A stretch of DNA of 64,000 nt from Octopus sinensis (lineage: Eukaryota), in the NCBI RefSeq assembly GCF_006345805.1, contig NC_043014.1, positions 34,472,001 to 34,536,000 on the forward strand. Direction: 5' to 3'. Shown piece after piece: positions 1 through 11,722 of this stretch. The translations under genes were made by a program, and so were the position numbers. Position 1 is the first letter of the stretch; each line of letters starts with the position of its first letter. The notes beneath the pieces were generated by a model. It had not been told where the DNA came from. It saw only the letters and a list, made by a program, of their open reading frames with translations, and did no database searches.

Positions 1-78
1 GCACTTTGTGTGCAACCTAATATAGCATCCCAATAAAATATAGTCACATTCTTGTCTGCCACTCCTACAAAATATGCT

Positions 79-281
79 GTTGTTGTTGTTAAGCAACAAG
101 ACGGGTAAGGGTGATTAGGTGATGGTCTAGGGCTTAGGGGCGGGAGACCCCAGACCTTGGGAAAAAAAACTTTGGTCATCTTGTTGTAGTCGAGGGCCCT
201 TCGTTGATGCCTGACACCACTGGGAGGTGGCCCTCGAAGTCACTGGAAATGGAGATCTCCAGGTCCAAATTCTTGGACGGC
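79..281 (-). mobile_element. 5'-truncated copy of the same LINE 3' end
   Basis: Reverse complement of 5808-6012 with scattered substitutions. Confidence 0.7.
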
Positions 282-553
282 TAAAAAATATACTGCCATG
301 CCATAGTCTGCTACCCCTATAAAATTTTGTCACTCTCCTTGTACATTGCCTCTATAAAATTTAGTTATACTCTAGTGTACTGTCTTGATAAAATATACTG
401 TCATTCTTAAATGGTACCCTTATCACTATCCTGCATTACGTTATTATATTGTTACTAGTTAAGTACAATGATCAAGATAATTGAATGCCACCCCCTGCTC
501 ACACACACACACACACACACATGATTTAGTAAAGGCAGCTGAGTGGCAAAAAT

Positions 554-783
554 TTAACCCTTTTGCATTCACATCATTTTGTCAAAAGCAATGCTTATTT
601 ATTCACATTGTTTTGAATTAGTCATGCATTATCTTGTAACTTTGGGAGTTTGTATGAGGCGATTGTTAATGTTTAGAATGACATTGTAGGTTAGGTATGA
701 GAGGCTTAGATCTGACCGGTTTGGATATAAAACTGGTAGAATATTTTTGCTGGATATGGCCAGTTTGAATGCTAAAGAGTTAA
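554..783. mobile_element. piggyBac-type MITE
   Basis: TTAA-CCCTTTTGCATTC ... GAATGCTAAAGAG-TTAA; a half copy lies at about 8450-8558 (-). Confidence 0.65.
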
Positions 784-1464
784 AGCTTTGTTTTAAGTTA
801 AAATCATTTCAAGATCAACTTTGCTTTTCAATGTTCACTCTGAAGTTGGTGGGGTACATCTCAAGAACATAAATACTAGTCAGCCTTTCAGTGTTCTGTT
901 GGGAAGGGGGAAATATATTCCAAGACAATAAATACTAATTATCTAATGGGAATGTTTCAATTAACTATGTCAAGTGCCTCAAAAATTGTTGCCTTGTGCA
1001 GCTAATTTTGGTCATTATTTCCTCGTAATATCACAAAATATTCTGAAGAAGTCGTTTTTTTTTGTTTTTTTTTTTTACTTTTTAATTAAAGTTATGAGAT
1101 TTTAGTAAAAAATTCAAGTCTACCTGCTTCAGTTACATTAATATGACCTTCTACTGTTGTGGTCATTCTTTCAAAAAGTTACTCTGGCATAAAGCGGAAG
1201 TTTGTTGATGTCATAATGTTTGTGACAAAAGTGAAGGCGAAGAATATGCTGTCTTCTAATAACAAATTTACTGAATCATGGGTGGGAGTGGCAAATATGT
1301 TTTAAATGAATGGACCCTTTGTCAGCATGTGATTGTAAGCTGGAAAATGCAGCTGGGAGAGGGAAGTCAAGGCAATTTTGGATCTGCAGAATTTTTTGAT
1401 TGACATAGGTGGCTGTCCTCCTTTTGGGATGCTTTGCCTCTTTCTTAAAAGAAATTGTCATTAG

Positions 1465-1830
1465 TGCTGCAAACTGGCAGAATTGTTACTACACTTGGCA
1501 AAATGCTTTGCAGGCTTTTTTTTTCTTTTTCTGAATTGTTACATTCTGAGTTCAAGGGATTAACTTAGTTCTTCATTCCTCTAGCATCAATAAAATAAAG
1601 TACCAGTGAAGTTTTGAGATTAATGTAACTGACTTGTCCTCTTGCCTTGTGGCTTTGTGCCTAAAGCAGAAACTATTATTATTATTCATAGTAGTAGTAG
1701 TATTAAGGTAGTGAACTGGCAGAATCATTAGAGCATCTGATGAAATGTTTAGCAGCATTTCTTTCAGCTCCTAATGTTCTGAGTTCAAATCTTGCACCAA
1801 AGTCAGTTTGACTCCTACTTTATTTTATCT
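1465..1830 (+). mobile_element. Two tandem family-A SINEs
   Basis: CTGGCAGAAT heads at about 1473 and 1716; GAGTTCAA B-box-like motif; ATT/AGT tail between them. Confidence 0.7.
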
Positions 1831-1994
1831 TCCTGAAATTTATCTACACCTTCTAAAGACCTCAAGCATAAGAAATCTGTGAGTGAACATGACCTAGGCA
1901 TTCTTGTTGACAATGATTTTGTGATGGACAAAGCACATTTCTATAATTGTCAAAAAAAAAAAAAAAAAAAAAACAAACCAAAGGTATTTTAGGA

Positions 1995-2248
1995 CAGTGG
2001 TTCTCAACCATTTTTCAACTATGGACCTCTTTGACTCCTTTTAACTCAGGTGGATCCTCCTAGGCATTTGATGTTTGGAAAATACTATTATACTTTTATA
2101 ATTAAATATTATTAGGAATTGTATAAAAAAAATTGTTAAAATACTTTGAGTATTGTAGAAGCATAACAAATTTATTGCACATAAATTTCAACAGCAAAAT
2201 CTTATATGGACCCTCAATGGCCATGTGAATCTCTGTAGATACCCACTG
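1995..2248. mobile_element. hAT-type MITE
   Basis: TIR CAGTGGTTCTCAAC / GTAGATACCCACTG; 8-bp TSD TTTTAGGA / TTTTAGCA; homologous to 33466-33697. Confidence 0.75.
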
Positions 2249-2294
2249 TTTTAGCATTACTCAGACCTTTGTCAGCAGCTCACTGGCTGTCTAT

Positions 2295-2522
2295 TTAACC
2301 CTTTTGTTACTGTATTTCTTTTGAGATGCTCAGTGTTTCTTTCAATTACTTTAAATATAACAAAGAATTTTGTAAAATAACTTAGTTATCATTCAGCTAG
2401 TGTTAGCAACATAAATTGTGACCTAGGTTTGGTAAAAGATTTTAATTCAAATCTTATGAAAACAAGACATTTGTACTCAGAGCCAGAGCCGGTTTCAACC
2501 ATGTTAGTAACGAAAGGGTTAA
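2295..2522. mobile_element. piggyBac-type MITE
   Basis: TTAA-CCCTTTTGTTAC ... GTAACGAAAGGG-TTAA. Confidence 0.7.
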
Positions 2523-3242
2523 AGCAATGTGTGGCTGTCATATAACCATACAGTTCGCATCTTCAGTCTGGAACCCTCATCTTGTCCAGAACAATCCATC
2601 TACTGGAAGCTGTGCAGAGATGTACTGTTAGTCACTTACCATATCTTGAATTTATTGCCTCTCTGGCCATTAACATGCACTAAAGTTTCAACATTTTATA
2701 GCTAACTTGGGATTTATCCACCATCTTTCCAACAACTTTGACCAATATCTCTCCCATCTGTGAGCACACTTATGAAATCAAAATAAAAACAGCATAGCTC
2801 TTATGACATTTTGGAAACATTTTTTCATGTTCAGAAATGTTGAAGCATGAAATAAACAACCCACATTGGTTGTTAACTGTCAAGACCATACTTCCTGAAA
2901 TTTATCAACCCTACACTTGATGTACCTATGCATCCTTTCCACTTTATGGCTCCCTACCATTCATTTTTCTTCTTGTGTTTTATAATGTGTACTGTGCATG
3001 TATTTTATGCTATCGCTGCTCTTTCTTTTCTTATTGTTGCTTTCTATCCCTTCTTTTACCTGTTTCTAGCAAGTTGCAGTACTTGATAAGTGTATATTTA
3101 TTCAAAGAACCCCTCTTAGGGTTGATAAAATAAGAACCAGACAAGTATTTGGGTTAATGTAATCAACTTGTTGTCCCCCACTCTCCATTCAAAATTGCTG
3201 CCCTTATGTCAAAATTTGAAATCATGTTGTTATTATTACTAT

Positions 3243-3900
3243 GGCAGTAAGCTGACAGAATTGTTTGCACTCTGGACAAAATCCTTAGCAGTATTTTGTC
3301 AGTTTTTGTATTCCGAGTTCAAATTCTGCCAACTTTGCCTTTCTTCCTTTCAGGGTCAATAAATTAAGTACCAGTCGAGCACTGGTGGGTTGATGCAATC
3401 GACTAATGCCCCTCACCACAAATTCTCGGCCTTGTGCCTATAATAGAAAGGATTGATGTTGTGAGCTGGCAGAATTGTTAGCATGCTGGGCAAAATGCCT
3501 AGTAGCATTTTGTTCATTTCCACATCCTGAGTTCAAATTCCACTGAGGTCGACTTTGCTCTTCATCCTTTTGTGGTTGATAAAATAAGTACCAGTTGAGC
3601 ATTGGTGTCAATGTAATCGACTTATCCTCCTCTCCCAAACTCCAGGCCTTGTGCCTATAGTAGAAAGGATTATTATTATTATTATTATTAATAATAATAA
3701 TAAGAAGAAGGTGGTGAGCCTGGATGTCAGGCAAAATGCTTCGCGGCCTCTCTTCCAGCTGTTTACATTTTGAGTTCAAGTCCTGTCAAAGTTAATAAAA
3801 TACAAAGTAATACATTGTAATTCATTAATTCCTTTTCTCCAAAAAATTGTTGGCCTTGTGCCAGAATTTGAAACAGTTATTATTGCTGTTATTTTATTAA
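3243..3900 (+). mobile_element. Tandem array of three family-A SINEs
   Basis: Same head, body and (ATT)n tail as 11104-11722. Confidence 0.8.
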
Positions 3901-4664
3901 AGCAGTCAGTTGAGTGGTGGAGGAAATGTTAAACACTATTTACCACTTTACAGTCCGAGTTCAAATTCTACCAAAAAGTCTTCATTTTGTCTTTCATTTT
4001 TGTCGGAAGGGGTTTCAAGAAACTATGCTCAAGAATGAGTATCAGCTAACACAAGTACATTCCTCCTTGGGCCTGTGTTATTTGCTTTTCCTTTTAATTG
4101 TTGATTACATAATTGTTGAAATGATTTATTTTTACCTATTAATTTACTAGAAACATATCTATTGTTATCGGTATAATTCCTTCTACTGGGGTTGTCTCGA
4201 AAGTAATGCAGAAGTGGGCATAACTTTTTTTATTAACCAACATAGGTCAGTCAAATTGGACATGCCACAGGCGTGGCTGAGTAGTAAGAAGTTTGCTTCC
4301 CAACTACATGGTTCTGGGTTCAGTCACACTGCATGGCACTTTTGGCAAGTGTCTTCTGCTATAGCCTTGGGTTGACCAAAGCCTTGTGAGTAGATTTGGT
4401 AGACGGAAACTGAAAGAAGCCTGTTGTGTGTGTGTTTGTGTGCATCTCTATGTCTGTGTTTGTCCACCATCACCACCACCTGACAAATGGTTTTGGTGTG
4501 TTTACATCCCCTGTAACTTAGCAGTTTGACAAGAGACCAATAGAATATGTAGCAGACTTAAAAATATAAGTACTGAGATCAATTTCCTCGACTAGAATGC
4601 TTCAAGGCAGTGCTCCAGCATGGCCACAGTCTAATGACTGAAACAAGTAAAAAGATTAAAAAAA

Positions 4665-5055
4665 GATGCCTTCATTAAGCTCTCAATGAACGAAGGGTTG
4701 CAGGCTGTCCAACATCCACAGAGGGGCACAGGTTGTTTATGATGGTAGCATCATTGGCAAGAGTGATGTGCATAGATGGATGAAGAAGTTTAAAGGAAAG
4801 GAAACCAGTATTGAAGACAAACACGAGAGAGGTCATCAACTGCTACCACTGACACATATCACCAGCAAATGAATTGGTTTGCACTGACAGGTGAGTCACA
4901 AGCCTTGAATTTGCCACTACACAACTGGACTGAAGTTACAATGCATCACAGAAGATAGCTGATTGAGTATTGAAAGTGTGTGCAAAGGAGATAACTCAGC
5001 AGTTTGAAGGAAAGTAGAGTAGGTGTCTGCTCTGATCTGCAAGAAGTCTTGGAAG
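4665..5055 (+). pseudogene. Highly degenerate mariner transposase fragment
   Basis: Remnant peptide HRWMKKFKGKETSIEDKHERG (helix-turn-helix/EDRPRSGRP region), many stops. Confidence 0.5.
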
Positions 5056-5068
5056 CCAATGAATGTTC

Positions 5069-5378
5069 ATTACCTCCACCTTTTAGTTGTGTTTGTTTGT
5101 TTGTCTTTGGACAAGATATCTCGAGAACCACTGCATGGATTCGGATGAAACTTTCAGGGATCTTTGGTCTCGTGACTGGGACGAACTGATTAGATTTGGA
5201 TCGATCTGGTACCAGGCAAGGATTCTGGATTAATTTTCCTGTTTTTATTTTTACTTAATTTGTGACGGTAGTTAGGTTTATTTCAGATTTTCTCATTTTA
5301 AAAATCATCTCTGGCTAATCATTAAGAGGATGTTGGTGTTGCTTTGGCAGAGGTTTGCTCTCTCTGAGTGCTTTTGTT
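5069..5378 (+). mobile_element. Helentron-associated non-autonomous element (HINE/DINE-1-like)
   Basis: Starts ATTACCTCC, has a (GTTT)n microsatellite, and ends GGCAGAGGTTTGCTCTCTCTGAGTGCTTTT, the usual HINE layout. Confidence 0.6.
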
Positions 5379-5519
5379 TGTTTGTTTTGATCTGGCTATA
5401 TCTCTACAATCTGGAAATGAATGCTCCATCTATAGAATGGCATCACACCTCTTCTCCAGGACCAAAGGTGTCCAAGGGCCATTGATCAGCACAGAAAGTC
5501 TTGATCATTTATTTATTTT

Positions 5520-6012
5520 ATTTTGTTTTTTTTTTTATGACAGAGCTGTCCCTCTCCTTGATTTTCTGGAATGTGGCTGTACCATGAACATGTGATACAT
5601 TAAGATGCTCAGAAAGCTTCGAGTATCCAAAGGGAAGCCATTGGGCTGATGAGCCTGAACAAGCATCCAAAATGAATCTGCATTCACTATGACAATGGAT
5701 GGTCGCATATCTTTGGCAATAAATCATGCAATCAGCAAATTGAGCTGGTCAATAGTCTCCCATTCAATGTGGTCTCCATTCACTACATCTTCCACCTGTT
5801 CAGTTCGGCCGTTCAAGAATTTGGACCTGGAGATCTCCATTTCCAGTGACTTCGAGGGCCACCTCCCAGTAGTGTCGGGCTTCAACGAAGAGCCCTCGAC
5901 TACAACAAGATGACCAAAGTTTTTTTTTTCCCAAGGTCTGGAGTCTCCCGCCCCTAAGTCCTTGACCATCACCTAATCACCCTTACCCGTCTTGTTGCTT
6001 AACAACAACAAC
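5520..6012 (+). mobile_element. LINE 3' end with (AAC)n tail
   Basis: GC-richer 3' UTR ending TCTTGTTGCTTAACAACAACAAC; SRIW-like remnant peptide; inverted copy at 79-281. Confidence 0.55.
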
Positions 6013-6907
6013 ACCTGTTCAGTCCAATGAAGGGCAAGTCTTTGGGAACAACAATTTGAGGAGAAAGACAGGGCAGAAATGGCTGTAAAGAAGTGTGCAT
6101 AATAGTGCACACATGAATTTTTTTCAGATAGGATTTGAAAGTTGGGTTCGGTGATACCATAAATGCTAGTTTGAGTTACATCTTTGTGTAGAGGAAAAGT
6201 TAGTCTACTCTAAAATGTATAATTTGAACAACCTATGTCAGTTAATAAAAATCGATGCCCCCCCCCCCACTTGAATTACTTTTGGGACAACCTCTACCTG
6301 TCCAAAAGCATTTTCATAATTTTGTCCTAAATGTCCATGCTCCTTTTCAGGCTTTTAGTTGGTTTTTGTTTTATATGTTCTGAGTAATATAAAGCTTTCC
6401 TTTTGCAAGTTCCAAGTTACTGTGGTGGTTGAAAAAATTGGGATTGTGTATCATATATGCTGCATGGACACCAGGGAAATAAGCCATGTGTGTCACATAT
6501 GATGCACAGGACATGTAAAAGGGTTAATGAACAGCAGTGTTATCTGAAACAACAGAATGCCTGTTTATCTTCTTTGTATCCCAAGTTCAAATTGTACCAG
6601 GTCAACTTTTATCTTCATCTCTCTTTACATAATAAATACCAGTAATGTCCTGCTTATGAAATTAGCCAAGTTGTGTATCATAGAGTAAAATTCCAAATGA
6701 GCTGAGATCAAATCCAGGTATCATTTCTTGGAAGTAATGGCTTTTTTTTTCTTTTTCTTTTCCTTTTTTTTTTCAACTTTGCTTATGCCAGTAATGTAGT
6801 TATGAAATGCTTGAGTGTCAAAACACTCATTTCCTGCATGGCCTCTAAATTTAAGACTTTGCGCTGATTTAAGAAGTTAATTTTTTTCCCTTTTCTGACC
6901 TCTGTAG

Positions 6908-7356
6908 AATTGCGAGATGCCTCCAATGCCTCCAAAGCGAACAACCAGCTTGATGCCAGGCGATGAATTTGGAAATGACTTGATATCAGAGAACGCTGAT
7001 TCTAAAGGTACCTCCAACTTTTTAACGACCAATGGTGACCTATCCCAAAGCTTGTCAGCTACCGACCACCTCACAAGTAACCATCTGTCTTCTTCAGTAC
7101 CCTCACAGAAGTCACAGTCGGACACTACCACCACTACTACTACTACAACTACTACTACTAACACTACAGTGTACAAAGAGAAAGAACATCCTAATGAGAG
7201 TGAGCCACAACAAAACAACATCACTGCCCAGTTATCATCATCATCATCATCATCACCACAAGCACCACTATCTCACAATGGTCAGACTGTTGAATACTTA
7301 CTAAGTGTTGGCAGTTCAACAGACCCAGTAAATGTTGCTACAACAGGAGAGAGCGA
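6908..7356 (+). CDS. PTPN1/PTPN2: Penultimate coding exon of a PTP1B/TC-PTP (Ptp61F-like) non-receptor tyrosine phosphatase; Pro-rich and low-complexity linker
   Basis: Acceptor ttttctgacctctgtAG|AAT at 6906-6907 (phase 0) and donor GA|GTAAGT at 7357 (phase 2); 449 nt open. Translation NCEMPPMPPKRTTSL... recalls PTP1B PPPPRPPKR. Phase matches the exon at 10492. Confidence 0.85.
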
Positions 7357-8097
7357 GTAAGTTTTTTTCTTCTTCTGTATCTATAATTTTCTCTCTTTTA
7401 TTTAATGATAGATATAAGGTCTCAGCTGGTTGTGGAGACCTGTAAAGGAACTGTCTGGAACAGGTTGGGTCTTTTGCACTGTTTGGGTGCAACACAATTT
7501 CCTTCTTTGTTTCCAAAAACTACCGGTGTCAGGAACAAGAAAGCAACCGTAAAAATTATGACACTTTATTTCGTTATTTACATAAAGAAGGCACGTTAGT
7601 AAATTGGTAACCACTTGGTGTAGGTACAGCAAGACTGAAGTTAAACATTTGTAAAGATAAACCTCACAACAACTCCAGCAGCAACAGAGTCGGTCAAATC
7701 CCAAGCATCTGGGACAGGAGAATAGGCTGATAACATGTTAAACACGTCTTCTCTCTTCAGCGAACGCCATAGAATTCCCATTCCCAGTTTTTAGCGCATG
7801 TGCATTAGGGAACTTCCTTAGGCCTTTCCAGAAGGTTCCAGCCCCGCACACGCACACTGAAGAATGACGTCACTACAGACCTGACACCTAAGACTTTTTT
7901 TTTAGGTATATCATAAGACTACATTATTGAATGTGTCCTTATTCTGAAAATGTTGGAGTGTAAATTGTGAGATTTAGTTTCTATTACTTGCAGGGCAAAC
8001 AACTATATACATGCTCATTAGTTTAGAATTAACATAATATAGGCGTAGGAGTGGCTGTGTGATAATTAGCTTGCTTACGAGCCACATGGTTCCAGGT

Positions 8098-8447
8098 TCC
8101 GCAGACCTTGCCAAGCAGCTCGTTTTAAGATAGATACGCGAGTAAAATTACTAATAGAGAAACGAAAATAAACTTTGGAAGCAGCAACGCCACCATAGGT
8201 TACATAGAAACAGTGAATGTGTTTTCAAGCAAGATTATCAAAGAATGTAACATTGTAATACTTCATGTAAAATAAATATAACAAAAACCCTTCAAAAATC
8301 CATCATCTATTCCTTGTGTCATTACCCAAAATTCCTGTAAGTTTCATCAAATACCGTTCACAACTTTTTGAGTTATTTTGCACACAGACAGACAGACGGA
8401 CAAACATACCTCCAGTGAAAACATACCTCCTTTTTTGGCGGAGGTAA
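8098..8447 (-). mobile_element. HINE-like element truncating a SINE head
   Basis: Minus strand starts TTACCTCCGCCAAAAAAGGAGGTATGTTTTC, has (GTCT)n, and ends TTGGCAAGGTCTGCG; abuts a SINE-B head at 8040-8097. Confidence 0.6.
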
Positions 8448-8645
8448 CAATCACATCATTGAAATCTTGAAGTTACGAGATAAGGCATGATTAATTCAAA
8501 GCAATGTAAATAAATTAGCATTACATTTGACAGAATTATCTGAATGCTAAAGGATTAAAAAATGATTTATATATTTTAACCTATAAACGTAAATAGCTTA
8601 AACGTAATAATTTGGATGATTAAATAGTTATTTAAATTATTAAAT

Positions 8646-9029
8646 AGGCACGGACATGGCTGCGTGGTAAGAAGCTTACTTCCCAACCACATGGTTCCAG
8701 GATCAGTCCCACTGTGTGGCATCTTGAATTTTCTATAACCTTGGGCTAAATGAAGCCTTGTGAGTGGATTTAGTAGATGGAAACTGAAAGAAGCCCATTG
8801 TGTGTGCATGTGTGTGTGTGTGTATGTATATATATGTGTGTGTATATATATATATATATATCTATATATATATATGTGTGTTATATATATATATATATGT
8901 GTGTGTATATATATATATATATAGTGTGTGTGTATATATATATATATATATATTATATATGTGTGTATATAATATATATATATTATATATATATGTGTGT
9001 GGTGTGTGTATATATATATATATATATAT

Positions 9030-9103
<74 letters not shown>

Positions 9104-9109
9104 TATATA

Positions 9110-9160
<51 letters not shown>

Positions 9161-9189
9161 GTGTGTGTATATATAATATATTATATATA

Positions 9190-9220
<31 letters not shown>

Positions 9221-9295
9221 TATATGTGTGTGTGTGTATATATATTATATATATATATGTGTGTGTATGTGTGTATATATTATATATATATATAA

Positions 9296-9329
<34 letters not shown>

Positions 9330-9368
9330 GATATATATATATGTGTGTGTGTGTATATATATATATTA

Positions 9369-9440
<72 letters not shown>

Positions 9441-9445
9441 GTGTG

Positions 9446-9478
<33 letters not shown>

Positions 9479-9700
9479 GTCTTTGCATCTGTGTTTGTCC
9501 TCCACCCCCATCACCACTTGACAACTGATGTTGATGTCTTTATGTTCCTGTAACTTAGCAGTTTGGCAAAAGAGATTGCTAGAATAAGTACCAAGCTTAA
9601 AAAATAAAAAAAGTACTGGGGCCAGTTCATTCTCCAAGGCTGGGTCCCAGCATGGTTGCAGTCTAATGACTAGAACAACTAAAAGATAAAAGATAAGTTT
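8646..9700 (+). mobile_element. Family-B SINE with a ~670-bp internal (TA/TG) microsatellite expansion
   Basis: Head GGCTGCGTGGTAAGAAG; CCTTGTGAGTGGATTT.GTAGATGGAAACTGAAAGAAGCCC; microsatellite 8810-9478; 3' CAGCATGG.TGCAGTC.AATGACT and TAAAAGA tail. Confidence 0.85.
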
Positions 9701-9967
9701 TATATCCAATTAACAAAGCAGCACAGTTGTCAAGTCTTTATATTTAGAATTTGAGTTTACATTCTTCAGATTTTTCATTTGTAACTGTATTATTTCTGTG
9801 GAATTTCTAAGTACATTTTGGAGTGTGCCAATGTGATACAACACACTGTTTGGTAACCACTGCTTTATTTTATGAGTCCTACCATAGCTTAGCTCCAGCT
9901 GATGCATAGCAGATGTGATTGTTCTTAAAAGAAAATTAAACTGAATTTTCTTTATTATCATTTTCAT

Positions 9968-10358
9968 TACTCTTTTACTTTTTACTTGTTTCAGTCATTT
10001 GACTGTGGCCATGCTGGAGCACCGCCTTTAATCGAGCAACTCGACCCCGGGACTTATTCTTTGTAAGCCCCGTACTTATTCTATCGGTCTTTTTTGCCAA
10101 ACCGCTAAGTGACGGGGACGTATATATGTATTTATATGTATGTATGTATATGTTTGTGTGTCTGTGTTTGTCACCCCAACATCACTTGACAACCAATGCT
10201 GGTGTGTTTACGTCCCTGTAATTTAGCGGTTCGGCAAAAGAGTCCGATAGAATAAGTACTAGGCTTACAAAGAATAAGTCCTGGGGTCGATTTGCTCGAC
10301 TAAAAAGGTGGTGCTCCAGCATGGCCACAGTCAAATGACTGAAACAAGTAAAAGAGTA
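9968..10358. mobile_element. Head-to-head pair of family-B SINE 3' halves
   Basis: 9968-10130 is the reverse complement of about 10195-10358. Confidence 0.85.
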
Positions 10359-10491
10359 TGGTCATATTTTATGTATATAATTGAGGCAGCTTTTTGTGTG
10401 GCTAGATTGAAATTACTCCAATGTATTTTTTTACTTCTTTAAAATGAAGAATCTCTATTGAACAATATGTATTTCTTATTCTTTCTTGCAG

Positions 10492-10702
10492 TGTTGATGG
10501 TTATGAGTATCGACGAAAGATTCGAGAAGAGCGTAAGAGAAATACTCAGAAACTAATTGAAGATATGAAACGAAAGCAGAGAGAGTGTGAGCTGATGCGG
10601 CAACGTAACCGATATTTGACACCTTTGTACATCGGTATTGTGTTAGCATTAGGTGGCAGTCTTCTGCTTTATCGTTACTACAACAATGGAAACCAACAGT
10701 GA
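10492..10702 (+). CDS. PTPN1/PTPN2: Terminal coding exon of the same phosphatase: basic helix plus hydrophobic tail anchor
   Basis: Acceptor ttctttcttgcAG|T; GA+T completes Asp. Reads VDGYEYRRKIREERKRNTQKLIEDMKRKQRECELMRQRNRYLTPLYIGIVLALGGSLLLYRYYNNGNQQ*, resembling TC-PTP RKRIREDRKATTAQKVQQMKQRL followed by a C-terminal TM segment. Not in the ORF track because it has no upstream ATG in frame. Confidence 0.88.
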
Positions 10703-10846
10703 CAGACTGGCTTGTCACAGTTTTCTCACTGGTTTTTTTTTTTAACCCCCACCGAATGTAACATTATTTTTCACTTGGTTGTAAGGAATACTTTGGGGAA
10801 ATGAGAAAAGAATATATATAACTATCTTATGTTGATTTTTTTTTCA

Positions 10847-10863
10847 AATAAAACTTTAATAAA
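10847..10863 (+). terminator. Candidate polyadenylation signals of the phosphatase gene
   Basis: Two AATAAA hexamers (10847-10852, 10858-10863) about 150 nt after the stop, with a further one near 10877 and downstream T-rich sequence. Confidence 0.5.
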
Positions 10864-11103
10864 AATGAATGAAGAAAAATAAAAGAAAATGCATTTTTTT
10901 TTTCCCAGGAAAATAAATTTCCATTTCAAAAGAAAATTTTTTTTTTATTAAAAAAGGGCCCTATGGGTTTTCTAGGCAAGAAGGACCTATTTCCCCACTT
11001 TTGTAGGATATATTTTCAGAGGGAAAGCGAAAGAAACATGAAAATTTTAGATTTCAAGAGATTTATTTACAATTCACAATTACTATTATTATTATTATTA
11101 CTA

Positions 11104-11722
11104 AGGTGGCGAGCTGGCGGAATCATTAGCAGGCCAGACAAAATGCTTAGTTGCGTTTTGTCTGCTGTAGTTGACTTTGCGTTTTGTCCTTTCAGAGTTG
11201 ATAAAATAAGTACCATTTGAGTACTGAGTTCGACGTAATCAACTTACGGCAGCGAGCTGGCAGAATCATTAACATGTTGGACAAAATGCTTAGCAGCATT
11301 TTGTCCATCCACACATTCTGAGTTCAAATTCTGTCGAGGTCGACTTTACCTTTCATCCTTTCAAGGTTGATTAAATAAATGCCAGTTAAGCCCTGGGGGT
11401 TGATGTAATCGACTTACCCCCTTTCCCCCCAAATTTGGCCTTGTGCCTATAATAGGAGGGATTATTTTTATTATTATTATTATTATTAAGGTGGGGAGCT
11501 GGCAGAATCATTAGCATGCTGGATGAAGTGCTTAGCGATATTTCTCCCGTCGCTACATTTTGAGTTCAAATTCTGCCAAGGTCGACTTTGCCTTTCATCC
11601 TTTCGGGGTTGATAAAATAAGTACTAGTTGAACATTGGGGTCAATGTAATCAACTCATCCCCTCTTCCAAAATTGCTGCCCTTGTGGCAAAATTTGAAAT
11701 CATTATTATTATTATTATTATT
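11104..11722 (+). mobile_element. Tandem array of three family-A tRNA-derived SINEs with (ATT)n tails
   Basis: Each unit begins GG.GAGCTGGC.GAATC.TTAGC and carries GAGTTCAAATTC and GTCGACTTTGCCTTTCATCCTTTC; units are separated by ATT runs. Confidence 0.85.

Larger units (their letters stand above)
1860..2900 (+). mobile_element. Old CR1/L2-type LINE 3' fragment interrupted by two MITEs
   Basis: Remnant peptides SEHDLGILVDND (about 1885-1920) and HLLEAVQRCT (about 2595-2625) resemble the CR1 EKDLGVLVD and LE.VQRRATK motifs. Confidence 0.5.

Noticed and set aside
5640-5680. Isolated CTGATGA/CTGAAGA heptamers (also about 7858, 25390, 35709, 48017)
   Set aside because: No stem II followed by GAAA and an NUH triplet, so not hammerheads.
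1-6900. Search for upstream PTP catalytic-domain exons (HCSAG, QTxxQLRF motifs)
   Set aside because: Not found by eye; they probably lie left of the window, so the phosphatase call rests on the C-terminal features only.
8777-9709. Many ORF-track ORFs rich in Y/I/C/V/M/H/T (also 26074-26320, 31411-31809, 43696-44894, 61016-61207)
   Set aside because: Translations of TA/TG/GA microsatellites; no splice signals or protein motifs.
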